From a virus: a DNA stretch of 64,000 nucleotides. Positions 49,892 through 58,875 of the stretch are shown here, in pieces; within the stretch, counting starts at the first letter, position 1, and every line of letters begins with the position of its first letter. Location: positions 39,077 to 103,076 of the IMG/VR virus record IMGVR_UViG_3300044658_000141. The stretch is one strand, 5' to 3'. Made by a program: the position numbers and the translations under genes. The notes beneath the pieces are model-generated. The model ran no database searches and was not told where the DNA came from. It saw only the letters and a list, made by a program, of their open reading frames with translations.

Positions 49892-50386
49892 ATGCAACCA
49901 GGCCCGCCATGGCCTCCATACTCACAGCCACCGGCGCGTCCACAGCTTGCGCATGAAAAGCTCTGGGCATGGTTCCAACAACGTGGCAAAGCAGGCAAAA
50001 TTGCAGTGTGTAGCATCGCGCTGTTTCTCTGTTTCTCCTGCTGTATTTGTTCCGCTGCTGCCAACTCTGGAAGCCAAACTGCAGTAGCACAACCAACCGC
50101 TATTGTGACCCAACCGCCCGTACGGCAGATCGCACCAACTCAAAGCCCGATAGCAACGCCACGACCTACACCTGTACCCACGCCAACGCAGCCGCCCATA
50201 CAACAATCTGCACCGGCAGAACAAGCGCCTGCACAAGTGCCAACGTCGCCATCGGTGCAATCGCCTCCTCCAGAAGAGACAGGCCAGCGAACCGGTGCCG
50301 AGTGTAATGATGGCACGACATCGATGGCGACAGGAAGCGGCGCTTGTTCTCATCATCATGGAGTTAATCACTGGCTGCATAATTGA
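49892..50386 (+). CDS. DUF3761-like membrane-anchored protein (paralog of 25417-25899)
   Basis: LAHEKLW.WFQ.R, TM helix, Pro/Thr linker, CNDGTTSMATGSGACSHHHGVNHWL. Confidence 0.7.
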   Translation: MQPGPPWPPYSQPPARPQLAHEKLWAWFQQRGKAGKIAVCSIALFLCFSCCICSAAANSGSQTAVAQPTAIVTQPPVRQIAPTQSPIATPRPTPVPTPTQPPIQQSAPAEQAPAQVPTSPSVQSPPPEETGQRTGAECNDGTTSMATGSGACSHHHGVNHWLHN

Positions 50387-50408
50387 CAGAAGTCACACGC
50401 TATGGACC

Positions 50409-50522
50409 TGGACAAAGGCCAGTCTGTAGCATAAAATTAAGCTCACAAAGATGCTGAACTAGAGGGCTGCGGCCAATCATCGGGCATCGAAGCGTTTTTT
50501 TATGCGCTTCGATGCCCTTTTT
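50409..50522 (+). ncRNA. Copy 2 of 42-nt leader/sRNA with promoter and terminator
   Basis: TGGACA-17-TAAAAT (50409-50437); core 50449-50490; 13-bp stem GGGCATCGAAGCG/CGCTTCGATGCCC plus U-tract. Confidence 0.7.
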
Positions 50523-50679
50523 GTTTGTTTGAGGCATTCGTACCGGCTTTGGCACGCTACAAAAGCGAGTGCTGAAGTACCTGCTCGCGAACGAAGGCTG
50601 GACGCAGGACGACATCAACCTGGAGTACTACTACGAGCCTGAAGATGGCCCAGAACTGATAGCCCCGTGGAGATACCTC

Positions 50680-50988
50680 ATGACTAACGAACGCGCTTCT
50701 AGACACCGCCGCAGGCGCGCTCCAGCACCGCAGCGCCTGAGCGAGCAGGGGTTGACCGCACTCGACCAAATTTTTCCAGGCTTTGCCGAATGGTACCGTG
50801 CCAATTACGACGAGCAGGGCCGGTTGAAACTAGAGTGGTCTTGTAATCCTTCTCACCTCATAGACGACGCGCCGGAGGACCTGAGCCACAACCGGTTGAA
50901 ACTAGAGTGGTTTTGTAATCCTTCTCACCTGCCGGAAGCACAGCCACCACCCACAAATACCGAGGAGGGAAAAGAAGAAAATGCATGA
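50680..50988 (+). CDS. Small hypothetical protein carrying an in-frame 72-bp insertion/duplication
   Basis: Paralog of 28418-28627; RLKLEW(S/F)CNPSHL occurs twice. Confidence 0.55.
   Translation: MTNERASRHRRRRAPAPQRLSEQGLTALDQIFPGFAEWYRANYDEQGRLKLEWSCNPSHLIDDAPEDLSHNRLKLEWFCNPSHLPEAQPPPTNTEEGKEENA
50820..50930. CRISPR. Candidate mini-array: 39-bp repeat / 33-bp spacer / 39-bp repeat
   Basis: CCGGTTGAAACTAGAGTGGT(C/T)TTGTAATCCTTCTCACCT at 50820-50858 and 50892-50930; spacer has a 17-nt match to csf3. Could also be an intragenic duplication. Confidence 0.35.
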
Positions 50989-51227
50989 AAAATTTGTGAG
51001 ATTTAGTGATGCGGAATATAGCATCATCGTGCTGCAAGGTTTAAAGCGTATGGTACGCAGGTCTGACTATTTCACTGGATATGTAGTACCACGCGATGTA
51101 ATGCGTGACAGCGCCACTGCCAGCGAAGTAACCGATGCATTGCAATATGCGATAGAGAAGATACGTGTGCAATTGCACATGAGCAGCGAAGAATTGGCAA
51201 AGAAACTAAAATACGAGGATATCACAT

Positions 51228-52016
51228 ATGACAAGTACTAATAATTACCGCTTTGGCTGGCGACGAGATACCCCAGATGGCCGCGATCTGCTCTTTACAA
51301 TCCCTGAGGACGTGGCACAATCCTTGCCCGCACAGGTCGATTTGACAGCGCAATGTCCGCCGGTGTACGACCAGGGAGACCTTGGTAGCTGCACAGCGAA
51401 CGCTATTGCAGGAGCATTTGAATTCGATGTATTACGTCAAAAGCTTCCTGATTTTACGCCATCGCGGCTTTTCATTTACTACTTCGAGCGTGCACTGGAA
51501 GGCGATGTGAGCCAGGACAGCGGTGCGACATTGCGAGACGGCATGAAGGTGATGAACAAGCGCGGTGTCTGTCCTGAGTCGCTCTGGCCGTACGACACCA
51601 GCAAATTCGCTGTGGAACCGCCAGTACAGTGTCGTGTTGATGCGCTCGATCATCGTGTGGTGAGCTATCGACGCATTACCAAAAATCTCACGATGATGAA
51701 AGCGTGCTTAGCATCTGGGCTGCCGTTTGTTTTTGGCATTAACGTATTCCAATCATTCATGGATGCCAATGATGGAGTCGTTCCAATGCCGGGACCGGAT
51801 GAGCCTCTGCTGGGAGGGCATGCCATTGTAGCAGTGGGATTTGATGATGCGACACAGCGTTTCAAATTCCGTAATTCGTGGGGAGAAAGCTATGGTCAGA
51901 ACGGATATGGCACAATACCATATGCATATCTGACATCATCACAAGCTTCAGACTTTTGGCAAATATCAGTCGTGGGCAATGTTTTAACACAAATTGTGGA
52001 GCGCCTCCACATCTAA
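51228..52016 (+). CDS. Papain-like (C1A, xylellain-like) cysteine protease
   Basis: DQGDLGSCTANA (Cys), SRLFIYY, GGHAIV (His), FRNSWG (Asn). Confidence 0.93.
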   Translation: MTSTNNYRFGWRRDTPDGRDLLFTIPEDVAQSLPAQVDLTAQCPPVYDQGDLGSCTANAIAGAFEFDVLRQKLPDFTPSRLFIYYFERALEGDVSQDSGATLRDGMKVMNKRGVCPESLWPYDTSKFAVEPPVQCRVDALDHRVVSYRRITKNLTMMKACLASGLPFVFGINVFQSFMDANDGVVPMPGPDEPLLGGHAIVAVGFDDATQRFKFRNSWGESYGQNGYGTIPYAYLTSSQASDFWQISVVGNVLTQIVERLHI

Positions 52017-52543
52017 CGAAAGAAAAGGGGCCGGGTTGATATTACCCGGACCTTTTTCTTCACACTTTTTTGCCTTTTGATGTCAAGGCAGGCACGTACA
52101 TGTTTGTGATACTATGGCTCGACAAACACGCCGGATGTATTAACATACACGAGATACACGGTATCTCGTCCGATACCTGTCATTAATGTCTCGTGCTCTG
52201 GATAAAACCACATGTTGCCAGAGCGGCGTTGCAGAGTGCGAACCGCGCCGCACTCTGGACACTTGGCCTTGGTTACGGTGGCGTACTTGCCGCTTGGCGA
52301 GCGAGAAACGCCAAACGATCCGTAGAATAAGCATTTCATATCATGTCCTCCATGCTATACAAACAGAATCTCCATCAAATTCTATTTCTCTTACATCATC
52401 CACTTCCGGCGGACCATACCGGAAATCGTAGCGCTTTTCGGCCCAATCCGTTAGACGTTGTAACGCCTGTTCAGGATTGTCGGCTCTGATATTTACCACC
52501 ATCAACTCCTCATCCAGAGACCTATATCCAACGGCGTAAAGTT

Positions 52544-52786
52544 TCATGATTTCACCTCATTTTTGAATGCCTCACACGATTTTTCGCTTCGTCGCTCCAC
52601 AATGTACGCCTCCACATCTCCCTTGTGATACTCTTTCTCTCGTTTATTTACTGGACGCGAGCGTATCTTTCCCTTCTTTGCAAGCAAACGAACGTAGGCA
52701 TCCTGCACCACATGATCTGTATTATCAGTCATGATCTGGGCTGCCTCCTTACCGCTGACCCATTCAATCTCTTTCTTTCGTGCCAT
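52544..52786 (-). CDS. HTH DNA-binding protein
   Basis: WVSGKEAAQIM...YVRLLAKKGKI...Y..GDV; GGAGG RBS. Confidence 0.6.
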   Translation of the reverse strand: MARKKEIEWVSGKEAAQIMTDNTDHVVQDAYVRLLAKKGKIRSRPVNKREKEYHKGDVEAYIVERRSEKSCEAFKNEVKS

Positions 52787-52989
52787 ACAAAGCACCTCCA
52801 AGTATTCGCCTAAAGAATATATGACAATGCTAAGTATACAGCGTGCTTGCATATTCGTCAAGAGAATACCAACATTCGCATTTAAGTTCAAAATTGGTAA
52901 AAATCGACCTAAAAACACTTGACTTATATATTCGACTGACGTATACTAAAAACATAGAAGTTGAGAAACAAACAAAGGAGAAAACAAAC

Positions 52990-53814
52990 ATGTTTAAAAC
53001 TTTATTATTTGGAACAAAAGCCGATACTGCAAAGGCCGAAAGAGTGCGCCTGGAGTTCTTTGATTTCGCCTCTGAGCGATTACTTGAAGAGGCTACCAGG
53101 CCAAATGGAAAAGGTGAGGCTTGGTATGAAAAAATGGAAGAAAGGTTGAGGCAAGAGTGCAACAAGCCTCAACTCGCAAGGACGTGGTTGAAGTTAGGAC
53201 ATTTCGGTCCTGCCTACAATGATTTCTTGTGGAATGATAGGATATTCCAGAAAGAAAGCTATTGGGATATCCAGGCTGAACAAGAGAAAGTCGAGCAAGA
53301 GAATGAATTTCTTGCTCATGTCGAAAAGTTTGGACTCGATCAATCTCGTCTTGAGAGTATTGTTAAGTTTGCCCATGAAACCTGGGAAGCAGAAAGGCAA
53401 ATGGGAGATAATCCCGCTTACTTTGGTAGAAGAGACGCTCTATTAGCAGTATCGAAGCTTCGATACAATGACGCAAAGAGTACGAGCTCTCTCAAGAAGC
53501 TCGTTAATATCATTGTTTCCAAGCTGGAGGGAGTAGAGCGCTTTCATAGCCAATTGAAAGAGATAAAAGAGAAAGGTCTAGAGGGATCTCCTGAGGCGCA
53601 TGAGATGATCATCAAGCGCTTCCGATATATCGGCAAAGGCTCTTATCATAGCGCTGGAAACAGCGACATGTGCTTTGATAGCGATACATCGTACTCATAC
53701 GATGCTATCCACTACAAAGAATATCTATTCGTCCCGTACGAGGATGCAGTGAAATTTGTGGAAGAGTATCTGCAAGCAGGCAAGCAGGCAATAGAAGAGT
53801 TGCTTGCCCATTAG
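52990..53814 (+). CDS. Hypothetical protein
   Basis: AAGGAG RBS behind promoter TTGACT-17-TATACT (52919). Confidence 0.6.
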   Translation: MFKTLLFGTKADTAKAERVRLEFFDFASERLLEEATRPNGKGEAWYEKMEERLRQECNKPQLARTWLKLGHFGPAYNDFLWNDRIFQKESYWDIQAEQEKVEQENEFLAHVEKFGLDQSRLESIVKFAHETWEAERQMGDNPAYFGRRDALLAVSKLRYNDAKSTSSLKKLVNIIVSKLEGVERFHSQLKEIKEKGLEGSPEAHEMIIKRFRYIGKGSYHSAGNSDMCFDSDTSYSYDAIHYKEYLFVPYEDAVKFVEEYLQAGKQAIEELLAH

Positions 53815-53827
53815 AGAGGTAGATAAC

Positions 53828-54391
53828 ATGCATTTAATACATAACGACGAACTAGAAGAGTTCCTTGATCGGAATGGTTTTATCTGGCATGGAGGCAAAG
53901 TCCAGGACCTTGCGGAACTGTACAATACCGCTATGCCAGTATCTGAAGTAAAAGAGCGTATCCAGAAAGAACGCGATCTTCGTGCAACTGGATTACGAAG
54001 TATCCCGCTGGCAGAGCAATATCGTAGGCTGTTTGAAGTAATTGTGGCTTCGGAGGATACGTTTGAAATCCTCCAAAACCCGATATACGATGAGCGGGAG
54101 GGAGAATCAGAAGAAGAAACGTACCAACGCCGCAGTGATCGATATGATAATCGCTTCAAATTGATTATTGGGAGAGATGCGCTGCCCGCAGATCTCTATG
54201 GATACACACCCCGGCCTGACGCCAAAAGCGTCGCATTCGCCGAGAAATATGGAGGAACGGACAACGATATTCTTATGTTTCAGTCTGGCGCAATGGAATA
54301 TAAGGTCCTTTTCATGTCGCTAGCAGAGACGTTTGAGACGCTGAAAAAAGGAAAAGTTGAAAATATGAAAAAGCACGGTTGGGACCTTTAG
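53828..54391 (+). CDS. Hypothetical protein
   Basis: GAGGT RBS; in operon. Confidence 0.55.
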   Translation: MHLIHNDELEEFLDRNGFIWHGGKVQDLAELYNTAMPVSEVKERIQKERDLRATGLRSIPLAEQYRRLFEVIVASEDTFEILQNPIYDEREGESEEETYQRRSDRYDNRFKLIIGRDALPADLYGYTPRPDAKSVAFAEKYGGTDNDILMFQSGAMEYKVLFMSLAETFETLKKGKVENMKKHGWDL

Positions 54392-54420
54392 GCAAGGTCT
54401 AAAGAAAGTGAGAACAAAAC

Positions 54421-54756
54421 ATGGCAACAATTCTTTGCAATACAATAGCGATGGCAATGTTTGATGCATCTCATCCTCATTCAGTACAGATGCATCCAAT
54501 TCAAGAGCATGAGGCAATATCGCTCTTGTCCAATGGCTTTGTACAGGCTGTAGGACATCCTGCTACAGCCGAGGTCCTGGCTCTGCGCACGGGATTGGAC
54601 ATAAAATTCAACCGAATGAATGTTTGTCTATCAAATGATGATATCCTCATCATTGCTCAGGTGGTCGTCCCTCGCCTGGCTGAAGGTCAAGTTCTCAGCA
54701 AGTCCTAAGTTGAGGCACTGCCTATACAGTGGTGGAAAGTTTGCGAAGTAAAGTAA
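54421..54756 (+). pseudogene. DUF1874 / STIV B116 / AcrIII-1-like viral ring nuclease, interrupted by TAA at 54706-54708
   Basis: FVQAVGHPATAEVL, FNR.NV.L...D..IIAQ...PRLAEGQVLS; the frame resumes VEALPIQWWKVCEVK* after the stop. Confidence 0.75.
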
Positions 54757-54851
54757 AAGTAGCAAGAAGATTGAAACGGGGAGCCGGTTCAGAAACGGAC
54801 TGGCTCCCCGTTTTTGTCCTCTCGAAGCACAAATCCGAAACGTTGGAGCAC

Positions 54852-54887
54852 GTGAAGTACCCCATCCCTAAAGGGCAGGGGGCTTAC
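54852..54887 (-). mobile_element. Orphan IS200/IS605-type end hairpin ending in TCAC (inverted relative to adjacent element)
   Basis: Minus strand AAGCCCCCTGCCCTTTAGGGATGGGGTACTTCAC. Confidence 0.65.
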
Positions 54888-55004
54888 GGCGCGGATGCTA
54901 AAACGAGGAAAGCAGGCCAACATGCAGAAACACGGGTGGAAATTTTAGTTGCCCAGAGAAAAAGGCTGATAGAACATCACTATCAGCCTTTTTGCATGTT
55001 TACG

Positions 55005-56288
55005 AAACCGGCGCGGGAAAGCCCCCGTCTTTCAAGCGGGGGATGAAAGCGCCGCTCCTTTCGGGCTGGCTGGGTAGAGTGGGATAGTACCACACCACAG
55101 GATTTTAAGCTGCATTTGACAATTTGCTTAAAATCTGCTAGACTAGCCACATGATCAAAAACTTTCAGTACCGAATTTATCCAACAAAGAAGCAGTTGAA
55201 GAAGCTTGAGGCAACCCTTGAGGAGTGCCGATGGCTCTACAATCATCTGCTTGAAACGCGCAAGAATGCCTATGAGCAGACCGGGGAAAGCTTGTCTTGC
55301 TATCAACAGCAAGCCACCTATTCGAGACTGAAAGAACAACGTCCCTCCCTCAAAACAGTTCATTCCCAGGTCCTGCAGAACGTTGCCGTCCGCATCGATC
55401 TGGCTTTCAAAGCCTTCTTCAGGCGATGTAAGAGCGGAGAAAAACCCGGCTTCCCTCGTTTTCGTGGCAAGAACCGCTACGATAGCTTCACCTTCCCCCA
55501 GAGTGGCTTTAGTATCACGCATGACGACCGGGTCTGCCTCTCCAAGATTGGCAGCGTGAAGATGGTCTACCACCGTGAGATCAAGGGAAAGATCAAGACC
55601 TGTACCATCCACAAAAGCAGTACCGGCAAGTGGTATGTCTCCTTCTCGGTAGAATGTGAACCTGAACGGCTGCCAGAGTGCTCTCTCCAAGTGGGTATTG
55701 ACGTAGGGCTCAAAACCTTTGCCACCCTCTCGACTGCTGAAGAGATCGAGAATCCTCGGTTCTTTCGCAAGGAAGAGAAAGCACTGGCTAAGGTCCAGCG
55801 CAAGCATTCTAAGCTTGCCAAAGGGACCCCAGAACGCCGGAAGCACCGTAAGGTAGTAGCCCGCGTTCATGAGCGTATCAAGTTCAGGCGTGAGAACTTC
55901 ACCCATCAGAATAGCCGTCAGATTGTCGATCATTTTGGCGTGATCTGCGTCGAGGACCTGACCGTTAATCGTATGGTACACAATCATTGTCTTGCGAAAA
56001 GCATTGCAGATGCCTCGTGGTCGGCATTCTTTGAGCAACTCTCTAGCAAAGCGGAAGAGGCTGGCAGAGTCGTTGTCAAAGTCAATCCAGCCTACACAAG
56101 CCAGACGTGCAGCCAGTGCGGACACCGGCAAAAGATGCCGCTCTCCGAGAGGATATTCGATTGTCCGTGCTGTCATTTGCATCTGGATCGAGACCTCAAT
56201 GCTTCTCTAAACATTCTGGCTCTGGGACTACAGAGCCTCGGTAACCAATCCGTAGAAGCCCCCGATCTTCAGTCGGGGGAGTAGTCAC
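55005..56288 (+). mobile_element. Non-autonomous IS1341-like element (tnpB only)
   Basis: Left hairpin AAGCCCCCGTCTTTCAAGCGGGGGA (~55019); right hairpin AAGCCCCCGATCTTCAGTCGGGGGA-GTAGTCAC ending 56288. Left boundary approximate. Confidence 0.85.
55151..56284 (+). CDS. tnpB: RNA-guided endonuclease TnpB
   Basis: FQYRIYPT; RuvC GIDVG / VEDL / DRDLNAS intact; zinc finger. Confidence 0.95.
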   Translation: MIKNFQYRIYPTKKQLKKLEATLEECRWLYNHLLETRKNAYEQTGESLSCYQQQATYSRLKEQRPSLKTVHSQVLQNVAVRIDLAFKAFFRRCKSGEKPGFPRFRGKNRYDSFTFPQSGFSITHDDRVCLSKIGSVKMVYHREIKGKIKTCTIHKSSTGKWYVSFSVECEPERLPECSLQVGIDVGLKTFATLSTAEEIENPRFFRKEEKALAKVQRKHSKLAKGTPERRKHRKVVARVHERIKFRRENFTHQNSRQIVDHFGVICVEDLTVNRMVHNHCLAKSIADASWSAFFEQLSSKAEEAGRVVVKVNPAYTSQTCSQCGHRQKMPLSERIFDCPCCHLHLDRDLNASLNILALGLQSLGNQSVEAPDLQSGE

Positions 56289-57325
56289 TCGTCAGCAAAC
56301 AACTGGATCACAGGCAACTGGCGATGAATGCGCGATTGATTGATCGCGTCCAGATGCTCGATCGCAGAGATGCGATGTTGCCAATCTGTCCAGTCCAAAT
56401 CAAACGTCTCTACGTATTTTTCCTCAGCTAATTTGACGGCATTATAGTGCTGTAGCAAGAAATCGTAAACATAGCAATAGAACTCCTCCGCAGTGGCAGC
56501 ATACACGGATATGGTCTGACCATCCACTGTGATTTTGCGGTGCAGAACCGTACTGTTATATTTCGGCCCGGCCACTTCGCCGCGATTGAGACGATGTGTT
56601 GCTTTTTGCTTGTAGTGTGCTGACACTGGTTATTTCTCTCTTTCTGCCCTAATTTTTTCTAGATAGGCCATAACAGTTGCCAAGCCTGGGTCTCTAGCTC
56701 GCTCGAAGTACGCCTGCCAGTTCTCGCGTCCCTGCCCCAGGATGATTTTGCATGGTTCATTATCTACTAGTGGGACAGCTATTTCTGGATAGTCCAATGC
56801 GGCCCCCAGGTCCATGCCTGCCTGCGCGTGTTGATGGCACAGGCACCAGTCGTTGATGATCGGCTTTTCTTGGCAGCGGGCCGATTTGACGCGGCCATTG
56901 CGATCAATGATCATTACTTGAAACGCGCAGGTAGGTGTTTGTGGCTGTGCTGCTGGTACTTGACCAAAAATTAATTTTTCTTGCATTATTCGCCCTATAA
57001 AAGGTGATCATCCTTGTTGTTTCTCCAATTCTCTTAACTTCGCCTCAATCCGCTCCACACTCCAACACTTAAACGTCTCCCACTCTGCCACCTCACTCAC
57101 TCCTACCTTGCCCTCTCGCCACGCAACCACCACATCCACCATCACATCCTCTCGTGGCATTCGCGCAATGCCCACACGCCAACCGTTCGGGCCTTCCCAA
57201 TCCTCGATGTTGCCCCGGCTCCAGGTGGCCCGATGCTTGCGTGCTGGCCTGGCTGGTTTGGGTTGCTCGTCGGTAGGGAGCAGGCCGAGCCGACGCGCTT
57301 CTTTCTCTGTAAGGGTGAAAGCCAT
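56285..57325 (-). CDS. Three hypothetical genes (56285-56626, 56630-56986, 57008-57325)
   Basis: Tandem ORFs downstream of the loader genes; the stop of the first lies in the IS right-end TCAC. Confidence 0.5.
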
Positions 57326-57328
57326 TTA

Positions 57329-57889
57329 TTATTCCTCATCAATGCCATATAATCTGTAATCTCGTACGTTCTCCATCTTAACGATTGTAACCAGGCTCTT
57401 TTCATTGAGGCGGGAATACGTACGAGGGTCAATGCTTTCTAAATCGACATTGCTGGACGCTATGACGGTAGACAAGTTTTCGTTGTATCTGTGATTTAAC
57501 AATTGGAATAGTTTGGCCCTTGCCCACATCGTACCTGGCTCATCGTAGTCATCCAGAACCAACACGTCCACGTCTTTGATCTGATCGAACACTTCATTGA
57601 AATTTTGTTCACTTAAGGAAACCGAACGCAGATAATCCAGTAACTCTGACACTGGGTAAACAAGTACCTGAAGACCTCTTTCTAAACACTTCTTGGCAAT
57701 GGACACCAGAAGATGTGTTTTACCACAGCCAATCGGCCCGGTGAGTACGAGCCATCCTGTGGGCTCATCAGCGTACTGCTTGGCCTGCAGGTAGGCATCT
57801 TGCACACCGCTCTGATCTGTCTCAAAACTTTCAAATGAAGCAACCGAAAATCGCGCAAACCTTGTTTCGAGAGATTGTTTGTTATCCAT
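57329..57889 (-). CDS. DnaC/IstB-like AAA+ ATPase (short)
   Basis: GPIGCGKTHL, VLVLDD, LNHRY, SRL. Confidence 0.88.
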   Translation of the reverse strand: MDNKQSLETRFARFSVASFESFETDQSGVQDAYLQAKQYADEPTGWLVLTGPIGCGKTHLLVSIAKKCLERGLQVLVYPVSELLDYLRSVSLSEQNFNEVFDQIKDVDVLVLDDYDEPGTMWARAKLFQLLNHRYNENLSTVIASSNVDLESIDPRTYSRLNEKSLVTIVKMENVRDYRLYGIDEE

Positions 57890-57916
57890 GTTTCATCCTT
57901 ATCCTTTCTTGTTCTG

Positions 57917-58858
57917 CTAAATTTTTCGGTTCCGCCTTCGGTAATCATCGCCATTCATCTCAACAACCTGTAGTCCACCATTCGACAGATCACAGAGTCT
58001 GGATGCAGCAGCTCGGCCTATGTAATCCGATATGCCCTCTACATCGTTGTCAGTCATCACCACCCGCGCATTTGTAGTGATGACCGTCGGCAGTTTACGC
58101 AGGTAGCGTTTATTGAGCACTTCAAAGAGAATACTCTGCTTAAACTCACTTTGAGCTTTATGCAACTTATCCAAATCGTCAATCACCAGGAGTGGCGTTG
58201 TACCAGCTTCCGCCAGCAGATCGCTATAGCCCTGGTGCTCATCCATCCGAGCGCCAAAAGCATTGAACATGTTCTGTGCAGTCGTGAACCGGCAAGGAAT
58301 GTTCTGCTCGATCAGTTGTTTACAGATCGCTCTTGCCAGGTGCGTTTTGCCAGTACCCCAGGACTTATCAGACCACAGAATGAGATTGCCACGTCTCTGT
58401 TCTGCCATATCCATCGCGGCCACCATCCCATCCATCTGAACAGAATAGTCAAAGTTCTTGAACGTCTTTTCCTTCTCGTCCAGATCCAGATCGCTCCAAT
58501 CAGGACCGAGCCAGGTGTAGCACTTCTCACAATTTCGCCGCAACTGTTGGGCCATAAGCTTGTACTGCTCTTCGCGTTCCCTGCGCTCGCGTTCGCGTGT
58601 AGCCATCTCTTGCTCACACTGACATTTGCCAGGGAGCCAACCGTTGGCAACCTTGCGCGGAGGCACCTCGCCACAGATAGAGCAGGTTTTTTGTACTTCT
58701 TCTGCTGTTGGCTTGCCTCCCATGCGATGAAACACCATATCGGGCAAACGTAGCATGTTTGTGCCGACCTGAACCGGACCTTTATTCACTGGCTGGATAC
58801 CCAGGCGTCTGCGCTGCGCCATAATGTCGGTAATCTTGTTTCGGTTGGTCTCTGCCAT
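57917..58858 (-). CDS. DnaC/DnaI-like helicase loader with N-terminal zinc finger
   Basis: CSIC..CQC; WGTGKTHL, LLVIDDL, RY..KLPTVITTN, SRL, GDDYR. Confidence 0.88.
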   Translation of the reverse strand: MAETNRNKITDIMAQRRRLGIQPVNKGPVQVGTNMLRLPDMVFHRMGGKPTAEEVQKTCSICGEVPPRKVANGWLPGKCQCEQEMATRERERREREEQYKLMAQQLRRNCEKCYTWLGPDWSDLDLDEKEKTFKNFDYSVQMDGMVAAMDMAEQRRGNLILWSDKSWGTGKTHLARAICKQLIEQNIPCRFTTAQNMFNAFGARMDEHQGYSDLLAEAGTTPLLVIDDLDKLHKAQSEFKQSILFEVLNKRYLRKLPTVITTNARVVMTDNDVEGISDYIGRAAASRLCDLSNGGLQVVEMNGDDYRRRNRKI

Positions 58859-58875
58859 GACTGTACTCCCTTTCA

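Noticed and set aside
54983-56182. 399-aa minus-strand ORF
   Set aside because: Antisense shadow of tnpB; no independent motifs.
57329-58858. IS21 element (IstB-like ATPases)
   Set aside because: No IstA transposase or terminal repeats; context is phage replication.
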